DNA of 64,000 bases from positions 38,564,001-38,628,000 of the forward strand of contig NC_135656.1 of the NCBI RefSeq assembly GCF_964188315.1, in the 5' to 3' direction. Position numbers and translations under genes: made by a program. Within the stretch, counting starts at the first letter, position 1. Every line of letters begins with the position of its first letter. The DNA is from Podarcis muralis. Lineage: Eukaryota. Below the pieces are notes generated by a model. That model had not been told where the DNA came from. It searched no databases and saw only the letters and a list, made by a program, of their open reading frames with translations. Positions 35,415 to 48,110 of the stretch are shown here, piece after piece.

Positions 35415-38400
35415 CTCTCATGAGTATCCAAAGCATTCAGTTGAGCATATCAGAGGGGCATACCATCATGTTTGGGATGGGGCTGCTAATCTAGCTGTTT
35501 GGTTATTTTCAAAGGTAGACACTGGATGCGACAGAGAGGATTTACTTGGGTAACTAGCCACAATGGTCTTTACAGAAATGCTGCCTTCTACGATTGAACA
35601 CCCTGCCTCTGGAGCCCCTCTTAATCTCTATCTCCAACGTGTTATCCTTCTAGGCAGAGACCACACATCACTTCTATGTAATGTATAGTGCCTAAGCAAA
35701 CAGCTGGCCAAGAAATAAATGTTAAACAGCGGTAGTAATGTAAGTTAAATCAGTTGTATATCATTAGCTTCTGCGTATCACTTTTTGCATTAGTAGAGCT
35801 GGGGGTGGAAAGAATCCCTTTCAGAGTCTACTTTCATACTTCTTCCTGCTGATGGTAGAGCAGAGCAGATTGATCTGGGAGCTCCTTTCAGTGTCCAATC
35901 AGCTCAGGAAGAAGTCCATAAGAAGCACATAAAGCTACTAGCGAGAGCAGCACACTTGTTCCAGACAAGAGATCATGCTACATGTGTCATAAAAAGGCAG
36001 AGATGTCTTCCAGATGTTTTATTGTGTTCGGCCTGCACAGATGTTTTCTATGTCTGCCCATAAATGTTAGAAATGTAAAACATTTGTGGTCCCACAGATG
36101 CAAAGATTAAATTATGCAAGAGATTGGATAAATCTCTGTGTAATGCGAGAAGACCATGAACCGCTCACATTCATTGCTTTTAGTAAAATACGTCCCATTT
36201 TTTCCAGCATGCATCTGTGAAAGAGACATTTATTGTTATTAAATGGGATTAAACATTACATCTAATGCTGAAAAGCAGCACACGCAGGGCTATAAAAAAA
36301 AAAGATCCCCTGATACATCACAAACAAGGCCACGAGACCTCCTGATCTTAGGGTGACGCTTATAAAACAGCAATAATAGCACTGCGCCACCAGGGATGAG
36401 AGTACTCCCTTCTCCCTCCTCAGTGCTGAAGGCTGTGTGATCCAAGTTTGCAGTTCAAACCATATCTTCAACATCTGTATCACATGCACACTTCCTTCAG
36501 CTCTCATCCAGAAATACTTCTAGATGGTAAGCATCTGCATGCCTGTGCTAAGCTATCGGTAAACTATCTGGTGAACAGACTAGGAGGAAAAAAGGAAGGT
36601 GTGTATGCCTGGATTTAGTCCCTCCAGAAGGTATGGAGGATACACACATGGCAAGTTTTTGCAAATACAGGGTCACACTTAAAAGGGCAATCCTTACACA
36701 GAGATGTTTTTCTATGAACACATCCTCCTCCTTGCCGGGTCAGTGTGAATATCTGCAGTCACCCAGGGAGGCTTGCCTCTCAGTGTTCCCTCATTCAGGA
36801 CATTAAAGTTCTGGTGTTGGGAATGCGATGAATGGTGGAAAATAAACAGAAGCTTCATCCAGAGAAGGCGGAGGTACTCTAGGCTAGTTAAGCATATTAG
36901 GGAATAGGGGTTCAACATATGGTAGGTGGGGTTTCACGCTCCTTGAAGACCAGGTTCACAGTTTGAGTGTGCTCCTGGGTTCACTCCTGAAACATGATGC
37001 TCAGGTTTTAGCAGTGACCACAACCATTTTACTGCACAGGTAAGGCTAGAGTGCTAATAGGTCGTGCTACTTACATTTTGATCTAGAACAGCAAAGATTT
37101 TAAAAAGCATTTAAAAAAAAAAAAAGCTTCCTGAGATTTATTCCAGTTTTTGACAATTATGTGTTGGTTTTGTCCAGATTGTTTTGTCCATTTTTTGTTT
37201 GTTTGTTTCAAAGTCTAAAATCTCACTCACTCCCAGCCGCTGTCAAGAACGAAGAATAAGAGACTTGATGCATCTTATCCTGTTAACATCTGCATTCACC
37301 GGAACCCCTGGAACACTGTGTATAGCCACAAGGTCTCCAGAGGATTCCAGCAGCCCAGGGAGGCAAGGCCTTCTTTCCTTCCCAGGGAGTCTGGCATGGG
37401 AGACCCTTAGAATAGATACTGCAGAAAAGCATAGAGACACATGTACCAAAAAATAATAATAATCTAGGACATCATCACTACTCCCTCCAACACGCCCCCC
37501 CCAAGTATCCTTTCACAACCTCTGTCTCAAGGGAAATGTCTTAGGGATTGGGTTTTACTCTACCAATTAGAAACGAGTTTTCTGTTAAAGTACAGATAGA
37601 ATGTGGATGGGATTAAGATCCCAGAAGGAAAATGGGAAACTGTAGGTCTCACTGGGATATATCTCCGAACAAGAGCAAAGGCTTCCGTAGCTGCCTATAA
37701 CTACAGCCAAAATAGAACTGAACCACTAGCCCAGATGAAAGTCTCATATAATTTAGGGATGCTACAGGGTGTTTACCCAAGCTTTCTTGGACTCTGACTC
37801 TTAATTTTTAATTTTTGTTTTATACTCTGCTCAGTTTTTATTGTTATACAGTTTTGTTTTCATCCCATTTTTAGGAAATTTTATTGTATTTTTAAGCAGC
37901 TCATCATTATGGAGTGGAAAACACATTCTGATAGCATGTTAAGATGGTGATGTCCCAAAGTCGGAATGTCCCACTACAGAACTTTGGATATGTTAATTTC
38001 TCTGTTGCTATGAAAGTTGATTTTGCATGTAAATATTAAAAAATGAAAATAATTCCAATATGCCACACAAATACTATATTATTTGGCGTGTCAAAATTCT
38101 GTAAGTATCAGAAAACCTGTAAAATCTAGCACCAAAGACAGTTAGCATTCTGCTAGCCAAGTGAATACATCGTTCAAATATACACTACTCCACTGTGGAC
38201 AAATGGGTGGGCACCAGCAACTAGTACATAGTGTGAGGGGGAATGACCTGTTCTTAGCAAATAAATACAGACGAGGCCAGAGCCTGCTTTCTGGAACGAC
38301 TGAGGTGCTGAGGCCCAAGTTTGTTAGGAAGCCATGTGCTTTGTTCTCCAAGTGTGAGGGGACAACTTTGATAACTCAGCACTAAAGAAAAGGGACCTTG

Positions 38401-38506
38401 CAACTGCTTAGAAAGCCCTTTCTTCATTATTACAGTACTTCACATACTCTAAAACTCAGTCCTGGTGTCAAAAAAAGATTCCTAAGCTGAGTCCTGCCAT
38501 TTGCCA

Positions 38507-38800
38507 TAAAGGTCGTTATGTCCAGTTAAGTCCAGTCACGGACGACTCTGGGGTTGCGGCGCTCATCTCGCTTTACTGGCTGAGGGAGCCGGCGTTTGTC
38601 TGCAGACAGCTTCTGGGTCATGTGGCCAGCATGACTAAGCTGCTTTTGGCGAACCAGAGCCACGCACAGAAACACCATTTACCTTCCCGCCGGAGCGGTA
38701 CCTATTTATCTACTTGCACTTTGACATGCTTTCGAACTGCTAGGCTGGCAGGAGCAGGGACCAAGCAACGGGAGCTCACACTGTCGCTGGAATTCGAACC
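38507..38800 (-). mobile_element. Sauria SINE subfamily A, 5'-truncated at the B box
   Basis: Homologous to 30911 and 44294. Similarity stops after GGAATTCGAACC (38789-38800). Confidence 0.9.
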
Positions 38801-41146
38801 AATATTTGGAAGGTAAGATATGGTACAATGGCAGTCACTATAAGCACTACATCACTTCCTTACCCTTTCTTTCTAAATGGACACATGTAATTACAGCAAA
38901 ACCAATACCTGTTGGTTCTGTGAATAGGAAAACACAGCAAATCAGACCCTGGAATGTAATGTATAAACAAATTCATAGGCCGTGTATATGTGTCATGATT
39001 CTGTATATGCTCAAGAGGGAAGTTTAGCAGTGCAACAGATGGTTCCTGTTTAAACAAGAATGCTATAGTACATGGCAACCCTTTACCAACACCTATCCTG
39101 ACAGATTTGTGCTGACACAGCAATGTCCATGTCTACAATGCAGCCAGATGTGGGACTTATATATGGCATAATGAAGATCATATTGGTAGATGCACACCAG
39201 AGTATGTGAGATATCCATGAATCTGAAGATTGCCACAAGTATAGGCACAACCTATATTTGCATTGTAATTCATGTTTACTTTGCATTCATTTTTCAGGGT
39301 TGTTCCCCGCCCACCCCCCAAATAAAGTAATTTTGCTACAATCACAGATTGCAGGAATATAGGCTCAATTATCTAAAAATACCAACAAATTGGGTCTATG
39401 TTACAACCATTGGCTGGTCTTTCCATCTGTTCTTACCTCCTTCTCTAGTTAGGGAGCAAAACTCCTTGTAACCACTTCCTTGAGATGGGCCACTTTGATT
39501 TCAGAGAAGTGTTTGTGAGGAGGTGCTTTCTTTTCCAGCAGGAGAAGGTGGCAGGAGGTGAACAGTGCATCTCCTTGCATGCTTTTCTTCAACTTTTTAA
39601 AAGTTCACTCACTAGGAAAGGCAAATGTGGCCATTTTATTTTGGACTGAAGAGTCAAACTGTGAACTGAATTAACCACAGAGCAATCAGGCTGAGAATGC
39701 TGGCTGTTTTCATTTCGTACAGATTGAATAATATCTGCTCATAGACAAATGAAATAAATATATTGCAAGTAAGTATTTGGTTTCCCTAGAATAATGACTC
39801 ACGGGCATAAATATCTTCCTCTACATAACCTTTCAATCCTTTAATGCCAAGCAGATCAGAGAGAGCCTGGGCTTCACTCTTCTCGTAGCAGCGGCACACT
39901 GAACCTATATATATGACATATGTAGCAGCATTTCAGACTCTGTCATTTTGCACTGTGTGGGAAAGACAAAAAAAGGGCTGAACATGTCACTAAGGTCATT
40001 CTGCTCCCAGGGCCATTTAGTGCCAGTTCATCAGTGATTACTTCTATCTTTCTCCTCCATCCAGATGTTTTCATAATGTTAAAGTCTGAAAGATACCCCA
40101 CTATAAAATTTAACAAAATATTTTCAGTGAGACGTACAAATACCTCCCCTCGAGCAGAAGCTCTTTACTGTAGAGGCCATAGGGTCTATGGCACAGAAAA
40201 CTGTGGTGATAAAATTGTTACTGCTAGGAAAGAATAAGCAGAACACTTATTTTTAAAAATTGGTTGGAGTGGATTGCGGCATCCACACAAAAAGCTCAGA
40301 TGCATTTCTTAGTGTCACGTATGAAAAACACCCACAGCCTCAGTCTCTGCAGTCACATTTTTTTGCCCCCATATCTGGTTTAATAAAAGTTTAGTCTGTA
40401 CAAAGCCAGGGAAATGCTCCAAGCAAGACAATGGAAAACTGTCACATAAAGACAAGAAGCGCACTGTTCTGAACAAGAAAAATCCCCAAACATTTGTCAA
40501 GGAAGGTTTAGGTACAATTAATCCTGCCTGAGTGGAGAGGATTTGAAATAGATGACCCTTGAGGTTCCACCCAATCTGATGGTTCTCAACATGAAACAAA
40601 TAGAGGAAATATATATATGACTCACAGAACAGTTCCAGTGAGTTTTTGTTTCTTTTCTGTCCTAGGGTAGCTGAAAGGGCATGAGTCCATTTGCAGGTTC
40701 TGTTAATAGTCCTCGACTGATGAGTGAGACTGTCAACACAGGACATGGAATGCAAGAACTAACCAACTTCCAAAAACTCATGTTCTATCAGGGCATGTCT
40801 ATGCTATTCTGATAAATGTGAGAGCTATTACTTTAAAAAAACAAAAATCAGAACTCCCTGCTACATTTGCACTGTAGTACGGCAGAAGATTTTCTTGTCC
40901 TTGCAAGCACCAGTGTGAACAAACTAAAAACATACCCATCAGTATAGTATGGACGTTATCTACGATACAGGTGTCAGCCTCAACCAAGTGCAGGGGAAGA
41001 GTCAGGCTCAGAAATTGAGCCAATTGTGAGAGAGGCCCGGCTCTGCAGATGAAAGCTGGCTGACAGGAAGCTCGAACTCCCTTCACAAAGAAGTCACAGA
41101 CACAGATAGCTCTCAAGAAGGGGGAGAGTTAAGAGGCAGTCAGAGG

Positions 41147-41159
41147 GTTGCTAGGCAAC
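41147..41159. promoter_or_regulatory. Candidate RFX X-box
   Basis: GTTGCTAGGCAAC, two near-perfect inverted half sites, in sequence I could not assign to a repeat. Motif match only. Confidence 0.5.
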
Positions 41160-43844
41160 CAGCAGAGAGGCAGGGGATGGAGAGTGTGTCTAGTGGAAGT
41201 GGGGAGGGGGAAATCCAGCCTCTCAGTTCCCATTCTCGAAGACTGGACAAGGTCAGAGTGCAATGGAAGGGCAACAGGGGAAGGGGAGAATCTGGCGTCC
41301 TTCCTGCTGTGAGAGGGGCAGAGATTCAGACTGACCAACTCCTTCAAAAAGATCAGGCTAGAAGTCGTGCTCTGGATGTGTTTTTTGTAAATAAAAGTAC
41401 ATAAAACTGCCGGAGAGTCATTAATTCTTACTGAGGCTTGCTTGCCTGTCTGAGAACATTACAACAGACCAACAGAGATTCTCCTTAAGAAAAAAAGGAA
41501 CTCTTGCTTGGTCTCTAGCCCTCAGGAAACATGTTCTCAACACCTATTCTTACCATGGTTTCTCAAAGCTTTTAGCTATCCAAAGGGTGCAAGGAAAAAT
41601 TGAATTCAAGGGGTGGCGAGAGTCACAAGTAATGGGGGCTGCTAGAAGAAAGTTGCTGCTAACTGGCCTTTCCATATTAACTATGAACCTGGCTATATTT
41701 TTGAGTGTAGCTAGTAATGGTGGCCCTGGAAAGCAGGGGAGCCGTGGAAACATAGCTATGCTGCCCAGTTTCTGTATCCTGTGGGTAGAAAGAAACAGAA
41801 AGTTTATACATCTGCACAAAAATAGCCCTATAAATTTTGGGATCTACCTTGCACTATATTAACAGCGGGAGACCACAAATAGTTTTCTGCAAATATATGC
41901 TTTTACTGACATAGGTTCTATGAGGGGCGATTCCTGTGAAGTATTACACAGAACATGTGCTGGCCTGTTGAACTCCACAGTGTCAAGTGAGCAGGGTGGC
42001 TGTTCAAGAGCAAACATCCAAAGTGTTATTTGTCAGCTCTTATAACCACTTTTCTCTGGCCTCACTGTTCGGAGGTGTCGTTTCCCACAAACTGGGTACA
42101 AGTCCTGCCAAGTTGACAGTAGGGCTGCTGGTGTTTCCTGCTGTGTTGATGGCTTCCTAATGGCTACCTGCTCTGCTCAGAGATGCTCTTGGGACCACAG
42201 TTGCCATGCAGTATTAAGCATATGTTGTGCAGATGGATTGCACAGATGTATGGATCTGGCAGCAGCTGTTTCACACTGCACTTGTAATAAGGAAAAACCC
42301 CACAGATCTTGGACAAGAGTCAGGAAGCACATCTTTCACCCTCTCACAAAGCAGAAATTAAAAACCTACCAATCGCTGCTTAAACAAGAAAAGAAAAGTG
42401 CATTAGGCAATACAAAGAGCACAATCATTGTTCACTTTAAGTGACAGGCTAAAACATTTTTATTTACTCGGACCTTCAATTGTTAATTGGATGGGTAGTG
42501 AGTTATGTTTCTTGACCTTCCTAGTGTTAATAATTTAATGTAGTGGTTAGGGTGGGCCCTTTTATAAATATTCTTGGAAGAGCATGTTTACCTGTTGTGT
42601 TTTAGGTTTGGTTTAAATGGAGTTTTACTGTCTTTTATACTGTAAGTCACTTTGGGACATCCAAAGCCTGCCTGCCAGTCTGCTTTGCTTCAAAGGAAGT
42701 TGGCCCATTAGGGCAAATGAGGTACTATCCCACCAACCTCAGTGTGCCCTAATGGCTCTCACCTACCTGCCTTCCCACCTAGCAACAAGACCAGGGGGTG
42801 GAAGTGCCTGCCAGCTTCCTCTTCCTTAGTCTCTGTGTTGCCCTTGTAGAATTCAGGATGGTAGAGACAAAACCAGAATTAGGAAGCTCTGTTTGTCATT
42901 GGCTCTGGCTCTACCTACTGTTGGCCTCCCTTCCTCCTGCCCTATCCCTTCCAATGGGCACCAGCGGCCACTGCTCTGCTGCTCGCCTTAAGTACAGTAC
43001 TGCCATCACCGCTGGTGATGTCACCAAGCTGTGCTCTCGGCCACAGCAGACTATAGACACACTTTTCCTGTTACCCTTTATCATCTTCCTTCCTTCCAAC
43101 CAGTCCCATTCAGCTTTACAGCAATGAGGATCAGCAGGAGAGGACAGGTGATCGAGGGGGCAACAGCAGCATCCATTTGACAAGCATAGTGCCAGCAGTG
43201 CATGGGCCCTAGAAATGCTCAGCCATGAAATGATACTCAGATACTCAGCTGAATGAAACTTCCAACTAAAGCTGGCAGCTGCCTGCTCTCTCCTGGATTA
43301 GCCAGTTTCTGACAAATGTGCGCCTTTGTGCAGATGTTTAGATTGAGATGAGTGAGGAATTTATTAATGGTTTGAGAATGCAAAAAGCTTTCTGTACTTT
43401 TGTCTGTGTGAGTCGTCTGCTCTAGGGCACAAAACACTTCACTTTTTCCATTCACTTCCAGGCTGCTTCTGCATTATGCACCCACTTGCTGCTTCTGCAC
43501 AGACTTGCTCTCTTCATCAAAAGAGCTCTCCCTGACAAGGGGGGATGCAGATTTCTGCCCCGTTTATTTCACTCTACCTTGATGATGTCACCTTTACATA
43601 AGCTGGGGCGCTATGTCCCATGATGTATGCCTTTAGATTTATAACATCATGGCCACACACAGAGATGTTACAGCCAACCTGTGATCGTTTCCTTGATTTC
43701 TGAAGTTCAGAGGCAAGTACTGGCACTTACTCAGTCAAAACAGCATCATCCACACACAAGAAAAGATTATTAGCAGGCTTGGAGGAAACTCCAAGTTTTG
43801 CAGAAGGAACAAGCCATGTTTCTTAAGTTAAAAAAAATAAAAGA

Positions 43845-44130
43845 GCTGCCTTATACTGAGTCAGATCATTAGTGCACCTAGTTCTGTGTTGTCTAAACCA
43901 GGGTTTCCCAAACTTGGGCCTCCACCTTTTTTGGACTACAATTCCCATCATTCCTGCACACTTTAGTCCTGCTAGGGATTATGGGAATTGTAGTCCAAAA
44001 ACAACCAGAGATCCAAGTTTGGGAAACCCTGGTCTACATTGAGCAGTGGCTCAGCAGGGTTTCAGGCAAGGTTCTCTCTCAGTACCTGGAAACACCAGGA
44101 ATTGAAAAGCAATACATCACTAAGCCATGT
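43845..44130 (-). mobile_element. tRNA-Ala-type SINE split by a hAT MITE
   Basis: GAGCTGCCTTATACTGAGTCAGATCATT..GTTGTCTA[insert]..GCAGGGTTTCAGGCAAGG..CCAGGAATTGAA, the reverse strand of the 30361 family. Confidence 0.7.
43899..44031. mobile_element. hAT MITE (133 bp) nested in a SINE
   Basis: TIRs CAGGGTTTCCCAAACTTGG / CCAAGTTTGGGAAACCCTG. Decayed 8-bp TSD GTCTAAAC / GTCTACAT. Internal inverted repeat GACTACAATTCCCAT / ATGGGAATTGTAGTC. Confidence 0.88.
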
Positions 44131-44293
44131 CCCCCTCCTTTCATATTTATTAAATGTAAGATGCCCTCAAAAGGTCTTAGGGCTTTGTCCCTCTCCCAGC
44201 AAATATAATGCAGTATCTTTGTGGTGAATTAACGACCTTGCCAAAGGTTGTGGTGGGTTGTTTTTTTTTGGGGGGGGGGTATTTAGCACAAAT

Positions 44294-44634
44294 GGATGTG
44301 GGTGGCGCTGTGAGTTAAACCACAGAGCCTAGGACTTGCCGATCAGAAGGTCGTGGTTCGAATCCCCATGACGGGGTGAGCTCCCGTTGCTTGGTCCCTG
44401 CTCCTGCCAACCTAGCAGTTCGAAAGCACATCAAAGTGCAAGTAGAAAAATAGGTACCACTCGAGCAGGAAGGTAAACGGCATTTCCGTGCGCTGCTCTG
44501 GTTCACCAGAAGCGGCTTAGGCATGCTGGCCACATGACCTGGAAGCTGTACGCTGGCTCCTTCGGACAATAAAGCGAGATGAGCGCCGCAACCCCAGAGT
44601 CAGCCACGACTGGGGTTCATTTACCTTTACCTTT
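44294..44634 (+). mobile_element. Sauria SINE subfamily A, full length
   Basis: Head GGATGTGGGTGGCGCTGTG.., tail TTTACCTTTACCTTT. TSD ATTTAGCACAAAT (44281-44293) / ATTTAGCACAGAT (44635-44647). Confidence 0.93.
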
Positions 44635-46375
44635 ATTTAGCACAGATCTAAATTTATAGTGCAAACTTTCATTTCTTTTACTTGCCACTGCAGCTTCTTG
44701 GATGGAGAAGGATTCCCCACCCATTGCATAGTGCCACAGAAGCATGGAAGCTGCTTTCCCATGACACAATTCCACATCAGTGGGGAGTGGGTAAGAATAA
44801 AACCACTGCATGGACAAGTGAATCATATGGGAACCCAACTGGTTCCTAGACAGGAAGGAGGGTGCCAGATGGAATATTGGAAGACCCAGCCACATATCTG
44901 CAATGTATTTCCATGGGATCTGATTCGTTACATTTTATGAATGCCTAGGAAATATCTGACCTCCCACCCCCCTCACCTAAGGAGGCCACTCCATGAAGAA
45001 CAGAGACCACAGTTTCAGACAGAAATGGAGAGAGAGAAGAAAGCTGAGTTTGGACTCTGCAAGCATATTCTGTCTTCTGAGAGATCTGTTACAATCTGTG
45101 GCTTTTGGCTGTTTGTTGAAGTGTTGAGCTATACCTCTACCTATGCATAACCTTCTAAATGAATGCAAATATTACAATATGCCAATAAGCCTCCATCAAC
45201 CACTGTCCAAAGGGACCCAAACCAAGGAAAGAACAGCACCCCTGGAACACCTAAGCATTTGGAGAAGTGAGACAAGTGTAACAGTATCATTAGCATAAGA
45301 AACTTTTGTGTTTGATAAAACATCTAGCAGAATCATAGTTCTGAATAGTTTTGTGAAACTAAAAAGCCTATACTGAGCAAAGGTGTCCAGTAAAGCATAG
45401 CCCTTTATCCTGCCTCTCTCACCATGGCATTTCTCTACGTTTCCTGACCTTTCTGTATTTAATCATGGTCATGGCTGATAGAGAGTGTGGACTGTTCCCC
45501 CAAAACAGTGCCTACGCTTTGCCTGTGCTAGCAATGAGAAGCAGACAATGTGAATCTCTGTATACAATGCAGAACTCGAGGTCCACTAGAGTCCAAGCCT
45601 GCCTGGTATATCATCCAATTGCTCCCCTGGTCTCCCATTGATGAAAATCAGGCTTGAAGGATTTGCCAAAGCATCTTGTTTAAGTTACAAAGGCTCCTCG
45701 TGCACCGAAGATTGAGCTGCCTGCCAGGATTCTTTAACACAGCAATTGATTTACAATATAATTAGAAGCAAAGAGGCATCCTGCGGAGCCGCTTATCCAT
45801 CCTTAATTTTCCATAAGCAAAGGGTCTATTTTTAAAACTGGAAGGGCCTAGCAGAGTCTTGTTTTCCAGAGGAGGGAACAGGCAACAGGAGCCCCTGTGG
45901 CAGCTAGGCAGGCAGATACTACCCACCCTGTGCCCTGAAGGCAGTACTGTAGCTTTACACAGGAGTACATCACTCCCCTCCTTCCCCATTTCAGAAAGAT
46001 GGCTTATCCTGCTTTTTTGCATCTGTGCGGTGTGAACTCTGGGGAGCAATCAACTATCACTACCTTCAGCAGGAGGCAGGCCAGTCAGTGGGAAGGAACA
46101 ACCCCCAGGGATGCACACCTTTGTCCAAATGAACAAGTGCATGGGGCATCAGTCACATTCCTGAGAAGACATACACATACTTAGGCACAGGTGGATGTGG
46201 TGGATGATGAGGCAGCCTTGTTGGCCCCTCCCATCTCTCCCTGCCATCATTTCCCTCCCTTACCTACTGGAAGAAGAAGGGCTGCAGGTGTGCCAAAAAG
46301 GAGGTGCGGGTAGGAAGACAAGAGGAACGGGTGGGGAAATGCAGCTACCTTATTTATCTCAAATGACATTAAGGA

Positions 46376-46570
46376 ATGGTTGTAGCTTAGTGGCAGAGAA
46401 CAGGCTTTGTATGCAAAAGGTCCCAGGTTCACTCACTGGTACATCTAGGTAGGGATGGGAGAGAACCTCACCCAAAATCCTGGAGAGCTTCTGCCAGTCA
46501 GTGCCAATAATACCAGGTTAGATGGACCAATGGTCTGACTAGGCAGATGGAAGCTTCCTGTGCTCCTATG
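46376..46570 (+). mobile_element. tRNA-Ala-type SINE (Squam2-like)
   Basis: TGTAGCTTAGTGGCAGAG..GGTCCCAGGTTCA..CTGCCAGTCAGTG..AGATGGACCAATGGTCTGACT..AAGCTTCCT. Confidence 0.75.
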
Positions 46571-46584
46571 TAAAACGATACCCT

Positions 46585-46830
46585 TGGTCTCGGGCAACTC
46601 TAGGCATAAGCACCACCTCTTTCATACATGAACCAACCAGGACCCTGCGGTCTTTATCAGAGGTCCTTCTATGTGTGCTTCATCTGAGGGAGGTGCCAAT
46701 GGTGGCTACATGAGGAGGGGCTTTTTCATTGATGGCCCTGTTTGTGTAATATTCTCCCCAGGGAAATGCACCTGACACCATCATTGTCAGTTTTTAGGTG
46801 CTAGACTTTTGGGGCTTTTGGTTGCTTAGT
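46585..46830 (+). mobile_element. L2 ORF2 3' fragment
   Basis: GGACCCTGCGGTCTTTATCAGAGG.., GAGGGGCTTTTTCATTGATGGCCC.., parallel to the 32930 fragment. Confidence 0.55.
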
Positions 46831-47276
46831 TAGCCCCCACTATGGTGCTCATCTTTTAAAGGAATGGGGCAGGACTTGTATTGTTCGATGAGCATGTTAG
46901 GAATTTTGTATTATATGTTGTTTTTAATTTAATTAATTTTTCAAATGCCCTTCCCAACCCACAGCATAGTATTTAATAAAGGGATGGTAGCAATAATTGG
47001 GCAAAATCCCCCAGAGACCAAAAGAGAGTAGTGATAGATAGGGATGGTGGTGTAAAATGCCTTATATGGTTATATGGTGAATTAAAAAGTGAACATCTTA
47101 GGTGTACATGCACACTAAAAGTGCAGCATATGAATGAAATGGCCAATAGTGAGTTCACCAACAACACTGCTTGTTACAAGCATAAAATAAGAAGCATATT
47201 GTTTACCCAAACTCTGCCCTTATGATGGGGCAGGAGGGAAACATACAAATGTAAGGATTCGTACAAATTATTATTA

Positions 47277-47613
47277 AAAGGTAAAGGTACCCCTGCCCGT
47301 ACGGGCCAGTCTTGACAGACTCTAGGGTTGTGCGCCCATCTCACTCAAGAGGCCAGGGGCCAGCGCTGTCCGCAGACACTTCCGGGTCACGTGGCCAGCG
47401 TGACATCGCTGCTCTGGCGAGCCAGAGCCGCACACGGAAACGCCGTTTACCTTCCCGCTAGTAAGCGGTCCCTATTTATCTACTTGCACCCGGAGGTGCT
47501 TTCGAACTGCTATGTTGGCAGGCGCTGGGACCGAGCAACGGGAGCACACCCCGCCGCGGGGATTCGAACCGCCGACCTTTTGATGCTTTTACCCACAGCG
47601 CCACCCGCGTCCC
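47277..47613 (-). mobile_element. Sauria SINE subfamily B, with a small deletion between the A and B boxes
   Basis: Diagnostic tail CAACCCTAGAGTCTGTCAAGACTGGCCCGTACGGGCAGGGGTACCTTTACC shared with 50325 and 53935. Lacks the CTCAGCGCCTAGGGCTTG segment. Confidence 0.92.
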
Positions 47614-47828
47614 ATATTAATTATTATATAATTAATATCATATAATTATTATTAGAGAACTATATATTTATCAATGATGGTTAGTCCAAATAATCTGTTA
47701 AAGATGTAAAATGTGCATGCAAGATTATATTATACATGGTTGCCGGAATGTACCTGTGGAGGAAGATTTTTAAGAATCTACAGTGGCTCCTCATTAAGTC
47801 AATGCTTTTAAAACAACAACACATTATT

Positions 47829-48110
47829 CAACATAAGAAGAAGCCTACTAGATCATGCTTCTGTCACTAGAGGCAGAACATAGCTATTGTGGCTAGTAGC
47901 AATTAATGGCCTTATATTCCATGAAATTGTCTAATCCCACTCTAAAGGCATCCAAACTGGTGGCCGTCCCTGCACCTCATGGGAGTGAATTCCATAGTTT
48001 AATGATGTGCAAATAAGCATTTGCATCTGTCTGTCCAAAATCTTCCAATATTCAGCTCTATTGGATGGCTCGGGGTTCCAGTTTTATGAGAGAGGAATAA
48101 ATTCACATAA
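47829..48110 (-). mobile_element. CR1 (L3-type) 3' fragment
   Basis: AACATAAGAAGAAGCCTACTAGATCA..GGCTAGTAGC..CCATGAAATTGTCTAATCC..GAATTCCATAGTTTAAT. Confidence 0.65.

Noticed and set aside
42798-43183. Overlapping 109-aa and 90-aa ORFs with hydrophobic stretches
   Set aside because: No homolog recognised, no convincing splice sites, and the length is within chance for a GC-richer patch.
47328-47645. Recurring MCAHLTQEA../MASMTK.. ORFs (47328, 50446, 38622, 44315, 53965, 54056, 30885)
   Set aside because: All lie within Sauria SINE copies.
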